Positions 8,701-15,853 of a stretch of DNA of 64,000 bases are shown here, in pieces. Location: the IMG/VR virus record IMGVR_UViG_3300042691_046823. One strand, written 5' to 3'. The notes below the pieces were generated by a model that searched no databases, had not been told where the DNA came from, and saw nothing but the letters and a program-made list of their open reading frames with translations. The stretch comes from a virus. The translations under genes were made by a program, and so were the position numbers. Within the stretch, counting starts at the first letter, position 1. Each line of letters begins with the position of its first letter.

Positions 8701-9858
8701 TCATTCCAAAGCATAGATATTGATACAGCCCTTGACCCCTTTGGTGGGGTCAAGTGGATCGTTCAACCAATAATTTCCCAATCGTCGGACCCACTCTCTA
8801 ATGCCTGACTTGGCAAGGTCCACGGTGGCATTGTTTTGCTGGCGCCAGAACCATTCGTCCCTATGTCCAACCAACATATCACGAGGTTTGGGCTGAACCA
8901 ATGTGGATGAATCCCATCCAGGATAGATCAATTCGTTGAAAGCGTTGATGCTAAGATACCTACCGTGTCGACGACTCCGAGGACAAAATCCCGATTCGGG
9001 ATGATCGGTATACCAGGCAGGATCAGCATGATCATGTTCTAACACACGCCGTAACACATGGCACTGTTTGGCCACCAAGGCAGCGGTGTATGGGCTCCAG
9101 TAGAACCATTCATCGAAATAACCCTGGTCAGCCAAACTCTGGATTCGTATGTTGGTTTCACTGAATGAATCCTGGAACATCACATGATAGCGGTTGTCTT
9201 TCAATGTCATGCGAGGTTTTTCTGTGCCCCAGACAAAGACCATCCTGCGACCCGAATCCATGATTCGACGATAGTCAGCAATGTCATCGCGTAGATAGCT
9301 GCGGGCCAGGCTGTTGGCCGAAGCCATGCTCTTGGTATTGTAGATAAAATCAAATCTGATATCATGCCGAGAGTACAGCCCATCAATGCAGTCGCTGAGA
9401 TCTATCACGCGATGTCGTATGTTGGGGTACCGTTGCACTATTTCTTGCGTGCGCGGTATAGCAGTAAAAAAGGTTTCCTCGTTGAAATCGCTGTGCTTGT
9501 TGCCGCCATCAGCTTTGAGGCTGTGGCAGTGTGCGATTTCGTCGATGGGTATGTTATTTGATAGAAAGGAGTTAAGAATGTTCCATGAATCAGCACCACC
9601 GCTGTACCATATAACCACGTAGTCATAGCTGTCTCTTATCTGTTGCGCACGCTGGCGATATAACTCATTCAGGGGTTGGGGTGGTTCTTGCAACCAATTA
9701 TGGCTGCTCATCTGGATCTCGTTGAAATGCCATTCCAGATGTTGGCCCGTGCGGCGCATTTCTTCGATGGCCAAAAGTTTGCTGTGGGTCCGGAACCTAT
9801 CACCTACTGTGTAGTAACCAAACTGATCGCCGGAATATTGTATGGTCTGGAGTGTCAT
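8701..9858 (-). CDS. PP-loop (adenine nucleotide alpha-hydrolase-like) protein
   Basis: YSGGADS motif; paralogue of 17433-18665. Confidence 0.75.
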   Translation of the reverse strand: MTLQTIQYSGDQFGYYTVGDRFRTHSKLLAIEEMRRTGQHLEWHFNEIQMSSHNWLQEPPQPLNELYRQRAQQIRDSYDYVVIWYSGGADSWNILNSFLSNNIPIDEIAHCHSLKADGGNKHSDFNEETFFTAIPRTQEIVQRYPNIRHRVIDLSDCIDGLYSRHDIRFDFIYNTKSMASANSLARSYLRDDIADYRRIMDSGRRMVFVWGTEKPRMTLKDNRYHVMFQDSFSETNIRIQSLADQGYFDEWFYWSPYTAALVAKQCHVLRRVLEHDHADPAWYTDHPESGFCPRSRRHGRYLSINAFNELIYPGWDSSTLVQPKPRDMLVGHRDEWFWRQQNNATVDLAKSGIREWVRRLGNYWLNDPLDPTKGVKGCINIYALE

Positions 9859-9901
9859 GCAATATATATTTTACACTTTTTCAACCAAGGAATAAACTCA
9901 A

Positions 9902-10792
9902 ATGAAAAAACTCGTATTAGCAGTAGTCATGTTAGTATCATCCCACGTGGCCATGGCCAAAGACACCTTGTCGATCATCTGGCCTTTTGGCCCGGTGGCT
10001 GCCACCTTGCCTGTAAGGAGCATGATAGATAATCACAACCGTACAGGGCAATCTCCCACACTGATCTTGGAGTTCAAACAAGGTGCCGGCGGAGTGGTAG
10101 CCACGCAACATGTGCTGTCCAGTTCCGAACCCATTATCTACTATGCGTCGGCCGGATTTTTTTTGTACAATGCCTTTGCAGAAAAACAGGCCTATGATGT
10201 GAACAAGTTCATGACCCTTAAACATCTTTGCGACTTGCCAGTGACCGTGGCCAGCAAGAAGTTTCCTTCCATGCGAGCTATCCCATCTGATCGCCCTGTG
10301 ACCGTGGCTACCACCGGCACAGGCAACGGTTTCCATTTGGTATTCAAGGCCTTGCAACGACAGTATCCTAACATGATCGAGATTGCCTACAAGGGCAGTG
10401 CAGATGGCATCAAAGATCTGCTGGGCGATCATGTGGACATGATCATTGCCACACCGGGAGATACCTTTCCGTTGGAGGACAACAAACTGGCCAAGAACAT
10501 TGGCGTGACCGGTTCCAGCCGCGTGCGCAGTATCCCTACGCTGACCGAATCTTTGATTCCAAACACTCAGCGCCTGACCATAGGTTACTATTTCTTCCTG
10601 GACCAGAGATTCGCTGATCGTGCCGAATCCTATCGCAAGATTTTGGACACCAGTGTGGACAACAACACCAAGGAGATCATGGCTAAGAATCACTGTGTAC
10701 CGGCCACTACCTCTGCGGCACAACTGCCAGGCTTCATCCAGAACGCCCAGACTTTTTGGAACCAACAAGCGGCTGCTGTGCGCACCAAATAA
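9902..10792 (+). CDS. Bug/TctC-family tripartite tricarboxylate transporter substrate-binding protein
   Basis: Signal peptide; GAGGVVA, YKGSADGIKDLLGDHVD, IPTLTE motifs. Confidence 0.85.
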   Translation: MKKLVLAVVMLVSSHVAMAKDTLSIIWPFGPVAATLPVRSMIDNHNRTGQSPTLILEFKQGAGGVVATQHVLSSSEPIIYYASAGFFLYNAFAEKQAYDVNKFMTLKHLCDLPVTVASKKFPSMRAIPSDRPVTVATTGTGNGFHLVFKALQRQYPNMIEIAYKGSADGIKDLLGDHVDMIIATPGDTFPLEDNKLAKNIGVTGSSRVRSIPTLTESLIPNTQRLTIGYYFFLDQRFADRAESYRKILDTSVDNNTKEIMAKNHCVPATTSAAQLPGFIQNAQTFWNQQAAAVRTK

Positions 10793-10857
10793 GCACTATG
10801 CGTTCCAGATGTTTTTTATCAAGATCAGATCTTGATAGGTTTCGGAAAAACTCAAGG

Positions 10858-10886
10858 TTGACAAGATATAAATAAACCCATACAAT
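10858..10886 (+). promoter_or_regulatory. sigma70 promoter with nested late-promoter motif, driving the leader and tRNA array
   Basis: TTGACA-17-TACAAT; TATAAATA at 10867-10874. Confidence 0.75.
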
Positions 10887-10896
10887 AGATACTATT

Positions 10897-11025
10897 ATGG
10901 AACTTAGCACTTCATTATCAATATCGCACAAGCATCTGATGTTTGGTTGTCAGCCAACATGGGTTGGATGCCTATCAGTGTATACTCGTGCGATCGAGGA
11001 CAATGATAGTGGAGGGTCTGTGTAG
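10897..11025 (+). CDS. putative attenuator leader peptide (42 aa, all 20 amino acids)
   Basis: MELSTSLSISHKHLMFGCQPTWVGCLSVYTRAIEDNDSGGSV*; starts about 4 nt after the predicted TSS; stop lies in the antiterminator arm. Confidence 0.7.
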   Translation: MELSTSLSISHKHLMFGCQPTWVGCLSVYTRAIEDNDSGGSV

Positions 11026-11058
11026 ATAACTTAGTATCAAGTTTTTTACAAAGACCCT
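11013..11058 (+). promoter_or_regulatory. antiterminator hairpin
   Basis: 11013-11032 pairs with 11039-11058 at 18 of 20 positions in one register and overlaps the 5' arm of the terminator. Confidence 0.75.
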
Positions 11059-11088
11059 GGATCGAAAGATACCAGGGTTTTTTATTTT
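11050..11088 (+). terminator. intrinsic terminator (attenuator)
   Basis: ACCCTGG-ATC-GAAA-GAT-A-CCAGGGT followed by TTTTTATTTT. Confidence 0.85.
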
Positions 11089-11094
11089 ACAAGG

Positions 11095-11271
11095 ATGAAG
11101 ATGAACAATGTTTGTGAATTTGGATGTGAATGCGATAGCTCGGTGTTCAAAAATTTTGAGACAGTATTAGATCCCATGGATCTCGACCGATTGATACAGG
11201 ATAAGATAGCCAGAGCTCGCAGATACATCGAACTACAGGAGAACATCGGCAAAAAAGTTCAAGCCGATTGA
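11095..11271 (+). CDS. small hypothetical protein, first gene after the attenuator
   Basis: 58-aa ORF (alternative start 11101 with AAGGA SD); CEFGCEC near the N-terminus. Confidence 0.55.
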   Translation: MKMNNVCEFGCECDSSVFKNFETVLDPMDLDRLIQDKIARARRYIELQENIGKKVQAD

Positions 11272-11419
11272 TTTCTAAGACGCCTAAACGCAACGAGGGT
11301 GAGTGCCGGCGTCAAATAAATTGGCCTAACGGGCGGACCGGTGGATGGAGTTCTTCTTGTAGAACAAAAAATACCGGCGATAGCCAAGCACATTCCAACA
11401 AGTGTGCTTCGCTATCTAT

Positions 11420-11493
11420 CGCGGGTTAGAGAAATGGTATCTCGGGAGTCTCATAAGCTCCAGTTGGCGGTTCAACTCCGTCACCCGCAACCA
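11420..11493 (+). tRNA. tRNA-Met(CAT), initiator-like
   Basis: Cloverleaf, anticodon CAT, C1-A72 mismatch, encoded CCA. Confidence 0.9.
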
Positions 11494-11497
11494 ACAT

Positions 11498-11581
11498 GGA
11501 GAAGAAGCATCAATGGTGATGCACTGGACTGTAAATCCGGCGCCTCGGGCACGACTGGTTCGATCCCAGTATTCTCCACCA
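11498..11581 (+). tRNA. tRNA-Tyr(GTA)
   Basis: Cloverleaf with long variable arm, loop CTGTAAA, encoded CCA. Confidence 0.93.
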
Positions 11582-11585
11582 ATAA

Positions 11586-11660
11586 GGTCCTATAGTTTAT
11601 CGGTTAGAATTCCGCCCTGTCACGGCGGGGGGACGAGTTCGATTCTCGTTGGGACCGCCA
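11586..11660 (+). tRNA. tRNA-Asp(GTC)
   Basis: Loop CTGTCAC, TTCGA T-loop, GCCA end. Confidence 0.93.
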
Positions 11661-11667
11661 TTTGTAT

Positions 11668-11741
11668 TCCGGTGTGGTATAATGGCATTATGGCGGTCTC
11701 CAAAACCGTTGATGGGGGTTCGATTCCCTCCACCGGAGCCA
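11668..11741 (+). tRNA. tRNA-Trp(CCA)
   Basis: Loop CTCCAAA, GCCA end. Confidence 0.92.
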
Positions 11742-11749
11742 AGTTTTAT

Positions 11750-11824
11750 GCACCGTTCGTCTATCGGTTAGGACACCGCCCTTTCACGGCGGGAAGAGGA
11801 GTTCGATTCTCCTACGGTGTACCA
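11750..11824 (+). tRNA. tRNA-Glu(TTC)
   Basis: Loop CTTTCAC, ACCA end. Confidence 0.93.
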
Positions 11825-11831
11825 CAACAAT

Positions 11832-11909
11832 GCATCGGTACCAGAGAGGCCCAATGGCGAGGTCTGCAAAACCTTCGATTCGCTGGTTCGAATCCAGCCC
11901 GATGCTCCA
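11832..11909 (+). tRNA. tRNA-Cys(GCA)
   Basis: Loop CTGCAAA, U73 discriminator, CCA end. Confidence 0.92.
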
Positions 11910-11998
11910 ACAGATCTATGTCAACGAAACATCTGAGCAAGGCGTTAAATGTATACACAGTCGACAATCTTCTGTGCTCAACCCGAAAGGAAAATACC

Positions 11999-12220
11999 AT
12001 GAAACTCTTGACCGCAATCGTTGCATCCGCATTTGCTGTAACCGCTTTCGCACAAGCACCAGCACCTGCCAAGAAAGACGAAAAGAAAGCCGCGCCTGCT
12101 GCCGCAACCGCATCTGCAAAGGATGCCAAGCCGGCCGCTCCTAAAAGTGACGCTAAAGCAGCCCCTGCCAAAAGCGACGCTAAAAAGGACGATAAAAAAG
12201 CCGAAGCCGCTAAGAAGTAA
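11999..12220 (+). CDS. exported Ala/Lys/Pro-rich low-complexity protein
   Basis: AAAGGAAA SD; signal peptide ending AFA-Q; KSDAK repeats. Confidence 0.85.
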   Translation: MKLLTAIVASAFAVTAFAQAPAPAKKDEKKAAPAAATASAKDAKPAAPKSDAKAAPAKSDAKKDDKKAEAAKK

Positions 12221-12434
12221 TCCTTCGAGGTATCTTCTACTACATGTACAGAACGATGACTTTGGTTTTTGGATCGATGACGAATCCATACATGTAGGAT
12301 ATAGAAAACCTTCGTTGACAAAGAAAGACATTCCCGTTGATGATCTTTCTGAACAAGTGAAGTTCCGTTTGTGGTTGGCCAGGCAACTGGCCCTTATGAA
12401 AGCAAGCGGGTATGACCTGAGAACCCAGATCTAA
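12123..12434 (+). CDS. hypothetical protein overlapping the preceding gene in another frame
   Basis: Protein-like C-terminus DDLSEQVKFRLWLARQLAL ending at a terminator; start uncertain. Confidence 0.45.
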   Translation: MPSRPLLKVTLKQPLPKATLKRTIKKPKPLRSNPSRYLLLHVQNDDFGFWIDDESIHVGYRKPSLTKKDIPVDDLSEQVKFRLWLARQLALMKASGYDLRTQI

Positions 12435-12452
12435 TCTGGGTTTTCTTTTTTT
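12421..12452 (+). terminator. intrinsic terminator
   Basis: AACCCAGAT-CTA-ATCTGGGTT followed by a T-run. Confidence 0.8.
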
Positions 12453-12537
12453 AAAAACCGGGGTGTATTGAATCCCGGTTATATCGATTTACTTTGGGAG
12501 CAGGACACCGCAGGGACGAATTGTTCCTGGGACACCA

Positions 12538-12566
12538 TTGACACACATATCAAGATATAGTATAAT
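12538..12566 (+). promoter_or_regulatory. sigma70 promoter
   Basis: TTGACA-17-TATAAT perfect consensus. Confidence 0.85.
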
Positions 12567-12595
12567 TACTTGTCGTCACTATCAAGGAAAAAAAC

Positions 12596-12832
12596 ATGGC
12601 AAGGATCACCAGCGAAGAAGCCAGTGCGGCTGTAGGCAGTCATTATGATCTCGTGCTCATAGCCAGTCGGCGTGTGCGCGAATTGAGAAATGGATATGCT
12701 CCTGAGATCACCGATGTACACAGAAGTGAAATCGTGACTGCATTGAGAGAGATTGAGCAGGAAAAAATCGGCAGAGATTATCTACTAAAAAATCCCGAAA
12801 TCCAACGCGACACCAAAAGGAAAGCCAAATGA
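12596..12832 (+). CDS. rpoZ: RNA polymerase omega subunit
   Basis: MARIT..., YDLVLIASRRVREL, VTALREIE. Confidence 0.9.
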   Translation: MARITSEEASAAVGSHYDLVLIASRRVRELRNGYAPEITDVHRSEIVTALREIEQEKIGRDYLLKNPEIQRDTKRKAK

Positions 12833-12990
12833 AAAAACCTGGATCAAATTACAAGATGAGCAAGGCCGGCAAGATCAGTCTTGCGGTGAACTGGAATCGT
12901 CCGCACAAGTCCGCACGTCGTCGAGGAATAGTGCAGGCCGAGTTGTACGGTTCAGAAGTGATCAAAAGCAAACGAGAAAACCAAAAGTAG
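12829..12990 (+). CDS. small basic protein (53 aa)
   Basis: ATGA coupling to rpoZ. Confidence 0.55.
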   Translation: MKKPGSNYKMSKAGKISLAVNWNRPHKSARRRGIVQAELYGSEVIKSKRENQK

Positions 12991-12999
12991 ATACGGTTC

Positions 13000-13073
13000 G
13001 CCCCTTTAGTTAAATGGTATAACAGTTGATTTGTAATCATCAATTGGCAGTTCGATTCTGTCAAGGGGCACCA
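13000..13073 (+). tRNA. tRNA-Thr(TGT)
   Basis: Loop TTTGTAA, acceptor GCCCCTT/AAGGGGC, ACCA end. Confidence 0.9.
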
Positions 13074-13276
13074 TGCATGAGCCGGTGAGAGAAAGCAGGC
13101 TCGCCACCATCTCAACTGTGAGAGAATGTACCACCCTGGACTTCTGTAGCCGTGATAGGCCATGCTCCGTGGCTGGAGATAAACATGTCTCAGGGGATCT
13201 GCACGCCGTCTGGAAAACGGCTTGAGCTGAGCGATCAGTGTGAAGATCTTAAACACAGCACAGTCGGTTCATGCAT
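13074..13276 (+). ncRNA. candidate ~200-nt structured ncRNA
   Basis: Closing helix TGCATGAGCCGG/TCGGTTCATGCA directly after the tRNA-Thr CCA; multiple internal helices. Confidence 0.55.
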
Positions 13277-13446
13277 GGATCAAGGGCAATGCTTTAGCAG
13301 TCGTCGGGCAGGACCAATTTGGCAAAATGCCCGGGCCACTTGCCCCCATGGTTTCAACGACATGGACCATCAGCGATACAAGGAAGACAAACTAACCGCG
13401 TCACTCGCTGCCATGTTTTTTATCATTTGTCATATATACGCAGATA

Positions 13447-13884
13447 ATGTTAAGAATAATCACAGACATCGCCGATCCATTGTTGGACTTCCTCAAGGAT
13501 GATCCGGTGCGGCCAGAAATCCCACGTGAGTTCCGTGTGACTGAACATCGATTTGTGGCAGCCTTGGTCGACGGAAAACCTCGAGCCATGGTCTGTGTCA
13601 GCCTCCGAGATAATGTACCCGCGGGAGTAAGCGATCTCCATGGTGATTGCAATAATCCTACTACTGCGGTATTTTATACCATATGGAGTTATGTTTCTGG
13701 TGCCGCATCTGAATTGCTTTTTGACACAGTGCAGGCTATACAAGAACAGTTTCCCACCGTGACGAGATTCGTTACCCTAAGTCCAAAAACTGACATGGCT
13801 TACAAGTTCCATATACGCAATGGTGCCCATGTGTTGAGAGAAAACACAGACACTGTCAATTATGAATACGTGATAGGAGGATGA
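13447..13884 (+). CDS. conserved phage protein, possible GNAT-like fold
   Basis: DDPVRP, AVFYTIWSY, VTLSPKT, FHIRNGA motifs. Confidence 0.7.
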   Translation: MLRIITDIADPLLDFLKDDPVRPEIPREFRVTEHRFVAALVDGKPRAMVCVSLRDNVPAGVSDLHGDCNNPTTAVFYTIWSYVSGAASELLFDTVQAIQEQFPTVTRFVTLSPKTDMAYKFHIRNGAHVLRENTDTVNYEYVIGG

Positions 13885-13885
13885 A

Positions 13886-14056
13886 ATGTCCGAGAAAAAG
13901 ATAAACAATCATGTACTGGCACTGAAGCAAGCTCTGGCACGCAAACATGGTGCGTCTCATCCCGATGCCGAGGGCAAAGAACAAACTACCAAACCCGGAA
14001 AACCTCCGGTGTTTACCAACAAACCCCAGAAACGAGTCACTGGTCGTGGTCGATAA
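13886..14056 (+). CDS. small basic protein (56 aa)
   Basis: AGGAGG SD; ends KRVTGRGR. Confidence 0.6.
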   Translation: MSEKKINNHVLALKQALARKHGASHPDAEGKEQTTKPGKPPVFTNKPQKRVTGRGR

Positions 14057-14149
14057 TCTAAGTTGGTGGCAAATAGTATTGTGTTTGGCTGTGCCTGCCA
14101 ATTACTTTTATTGGATAGTCTTACATCAAATGCTTTTTCCAGAAAACAG

Positions 14150-14178
14150 TTGACCAGAAACGGCCTGGCCAGTATAAT
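14150..14178 (+). promoter_or_regulatory. sigma70 promoter, probably giving a leaderless transcript
   Basis: TTGACC-17-TATAAT; ATG 7 nt after the -10 box. Confidence 0.75.
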
Positions 14179-14184
14179 CCTTGC

Positions 14185-14550
14185 ATGGACTTTTACATAG
14201 ACGAAGCGTATCTCACTGACATTGTAGTGCGGTCCGAATATCCACGCTACAATGATCGCACGGAGCTCACTGCAGAAGAATTGATTTCAATCATAAAGAA
14301 TCCTATGCCCACAGTCTGCGTTGGCACCAAAGATCATCCTGAGTTTACGTGTCTTCGTGAGCAGTTGGAACAACAAGGATATATTCAAGTTCAACGTAGA
14401 TGGTGGAACGGTGATCGTGTGCTAAAGCCGTTTAAGTTAAACGGTGTGAAATTTAAAAAAGATGAGCAGTTTCCCTGTGCCGCGGCCATGAAAGGTCATC
14501 TAAAGTTTCAAAGAAAATATTTAGGAGTACAGATTGAAAATTCAATTTAG
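14185..14550 (+). CDS. hypothetical protein
   Basis: DHPEF, WWNGDRVLKPF motifs. Confidence 0.75.
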   Translation: MDFYIDEAYLTDIVVRSEYPRYNDRTELTAEELISIIKNPMPTVCVGTKDHPEFTCLREQLEQQGYIQVQRRWWNGDRVLKPFKLNGVKFKKDEQFPCAAAMKGHLKFQRKYLGVQIENSI

Positions 14551-14695
14551 CAAGGATACCATGCCTGATGAATTGTACAATGCGTTGCTAAAACATTTTG
14601 TACATGAAGCAGTGGGGTTGGGCGTAGATGTATCGGGTGCTACTCAGTTTGAAAACTGGGTGGTAGAATGCGAAGTAAAAAACGCAGTTCATTAA
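14534..14695 (+). CDS. small hypothetical protein
   Basis: AGGAG SD before TTG; fills the gap between genes. Confidence 0.55.
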   Translation: MKIQFSKDTMPDELYNALLKHFVHEAVGLGVDVSGATQFENWVVECEVKNAVH

Positions 14696-14716
14696 CTAAC
14701 ATGAAAGGAGCACATT

Positions 14717-15322
14717 ATGCCTAGCGTATTTTTAGTTAGCGACACGCACTTTGGTCACGCTGGCGTGTGCCGCTTTACCCGCGACGATGGAACCAAACTA
14801 CGTCCTTGGAACGATCCTGTAGAGATGGACGAAGACATGGTCAAGGCCTGGAACGAACGAGTTCGACCCAACGATAAAGTATATCACTTGGGCGATGCGG
14901 TAATCAACCGTAAAGCCTTGAAGACTTTAGGCAGGCTCAATGGTGACAAGGTCCTGATCCGTGGTAACCACGACATCTTCCGTGACACCGAATACAATCA
15001 ATACTTCCGTGAACTAAGGGCCTATCATGTGATGAATGGCATGATCCTGAGCCACATTCCAGTTCACGAAGCGTCATTGGGCCGCTTTGGTGTGAACATA
15101 CACGGGCACTTGCACTATCAGCGTGTGAGGCGGCCTCGTGGTGTAGATGCTCGCACAGGCGAAGTATTGTATGGTGCGGAAATTGACACACGGTATCATT
15201 GCGTGTGTGTGGAACAGACTCCGGACTTTGCACCTATCTTATTCGAAGACGTTGTCAAACGCATCAAAGAGGAGGGCGGCGTGGTTGGATTTAATAACGG
15301 TAATGGACCCATAGTGGATTAA
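14717..15322 (+). CDS. calcineurin-like metallophosphoesterase
   Basis: DTHFGH, HLGD, GNHD, SHIP, HGHLH motifs. Confidence 0.92.
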   Translation: MPSVFLVSDTHFGHAGVCRFTRDDGTKLRPWNDPVEMDEDMVKAWNERVRPNDKVYHLGDAVINRKALKTLGRLNGDKVLIRGNHDIFRDTEYNQYFRELRAYHVMNGMILSHIPVHEASLGRFGVNIHGHLHYQRVRRPRGVDARTGEVLYGAEIDTRYHCVCVEQTPDFAPILFEDVVKRIKEEGGVVGFNNGNGPIVD

Positions 15323-15330
15323 ATATGGCT

Positions 15331-15489
15331 ATGAAATTATGGGAAGCCACTGTGAGAGATCCCGGACCCGGAACACAAGAACGTACCGTGCGCATAGGGG
15401 CCGAAACTGCCGAAGAAGCCCGGCACCGATTGCAGGAGTTGTATGGACCAAGATCGATTCCCTATCTGCCTCGACTGGTTCCGCAATAA
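15331..15489 (+). CDS. small hypothetical protein (52 aa)
   Basis: MKLWEATVRDP...LQELYGPR; preceded by TAAATA. Confidence 0.55.
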   Translation: MKLWEATVRDPGPGTQERTVRIGAETAEEARHRLQELYGPRSIPYLPRLVPQ

Positions 15490-15499
15490 GTAGTACAGT

Positions 15500-15830
15500 A
15501 GTGATATTGTTGTATGAAGCAAGCCGAAAAATGTGCAAGACGCGGGGGCAGCACCCGCCGGCTCCACCAAGAGAGGATTTGACATGGAACTATATACCGA
15601 ACGCGATTGGCAACGTATCGTAGGCTGGGGTATGTGTCCAGAACATCTCAAGATCAAGTCTTCTGTTGATGGGGCCGAACCAGGATCGATTGTGCAAAGA
15701 GTAAGTGAGCAGACAACACGAGAGTCGACTGACGTAATCAGCGAAAAACCATAAACGCCAACGACGACGTTTACGCATTGGCCGCTTGACGGCTTGCTGA
15801 GGTAGGACATACCAAGAAACAGAAAACACC
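15500..15830 (+). ncRNA. ssrA: circularly permuted two-piece tmRNA
   Basis: Acceptor piece ends GGCTCCACCA (15569); coding piece starts GGGGCCGA (15671); tag ANDDVYALAA* at 15757-15789; AGCAAGCCG/CGGCTTGCT inter-piece helix; outer ends approximate. Confidence 0.9.
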
Positions 15831-15853
15831 AGCCCGCCTTGGCGGGCTTTTTC
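15831..15853 (+). terminator. intrinsic terminator
   Basis: AGCCCGCC-TT-GGCGGGCT followed by TTTT. Confidence 0.8.

Noticed and set aside
9938-10768. 276-aa minus-strand ORF
   Set aside because: Antisense to the well-supported Bug-family gene.
11402-11998. N-terminal 199 aa of the 272-aa ORF 11402-12220
   Set aside because: It runs through six tRNA genes; the real gene starts at ATG 11999 with an SD and signal peptide.
13152-13502. 116-aa ORF after tRNA-Thr
   Set aside because: No SD or motif, and it overlaps strongly paired sequence better explained as RNA structure.
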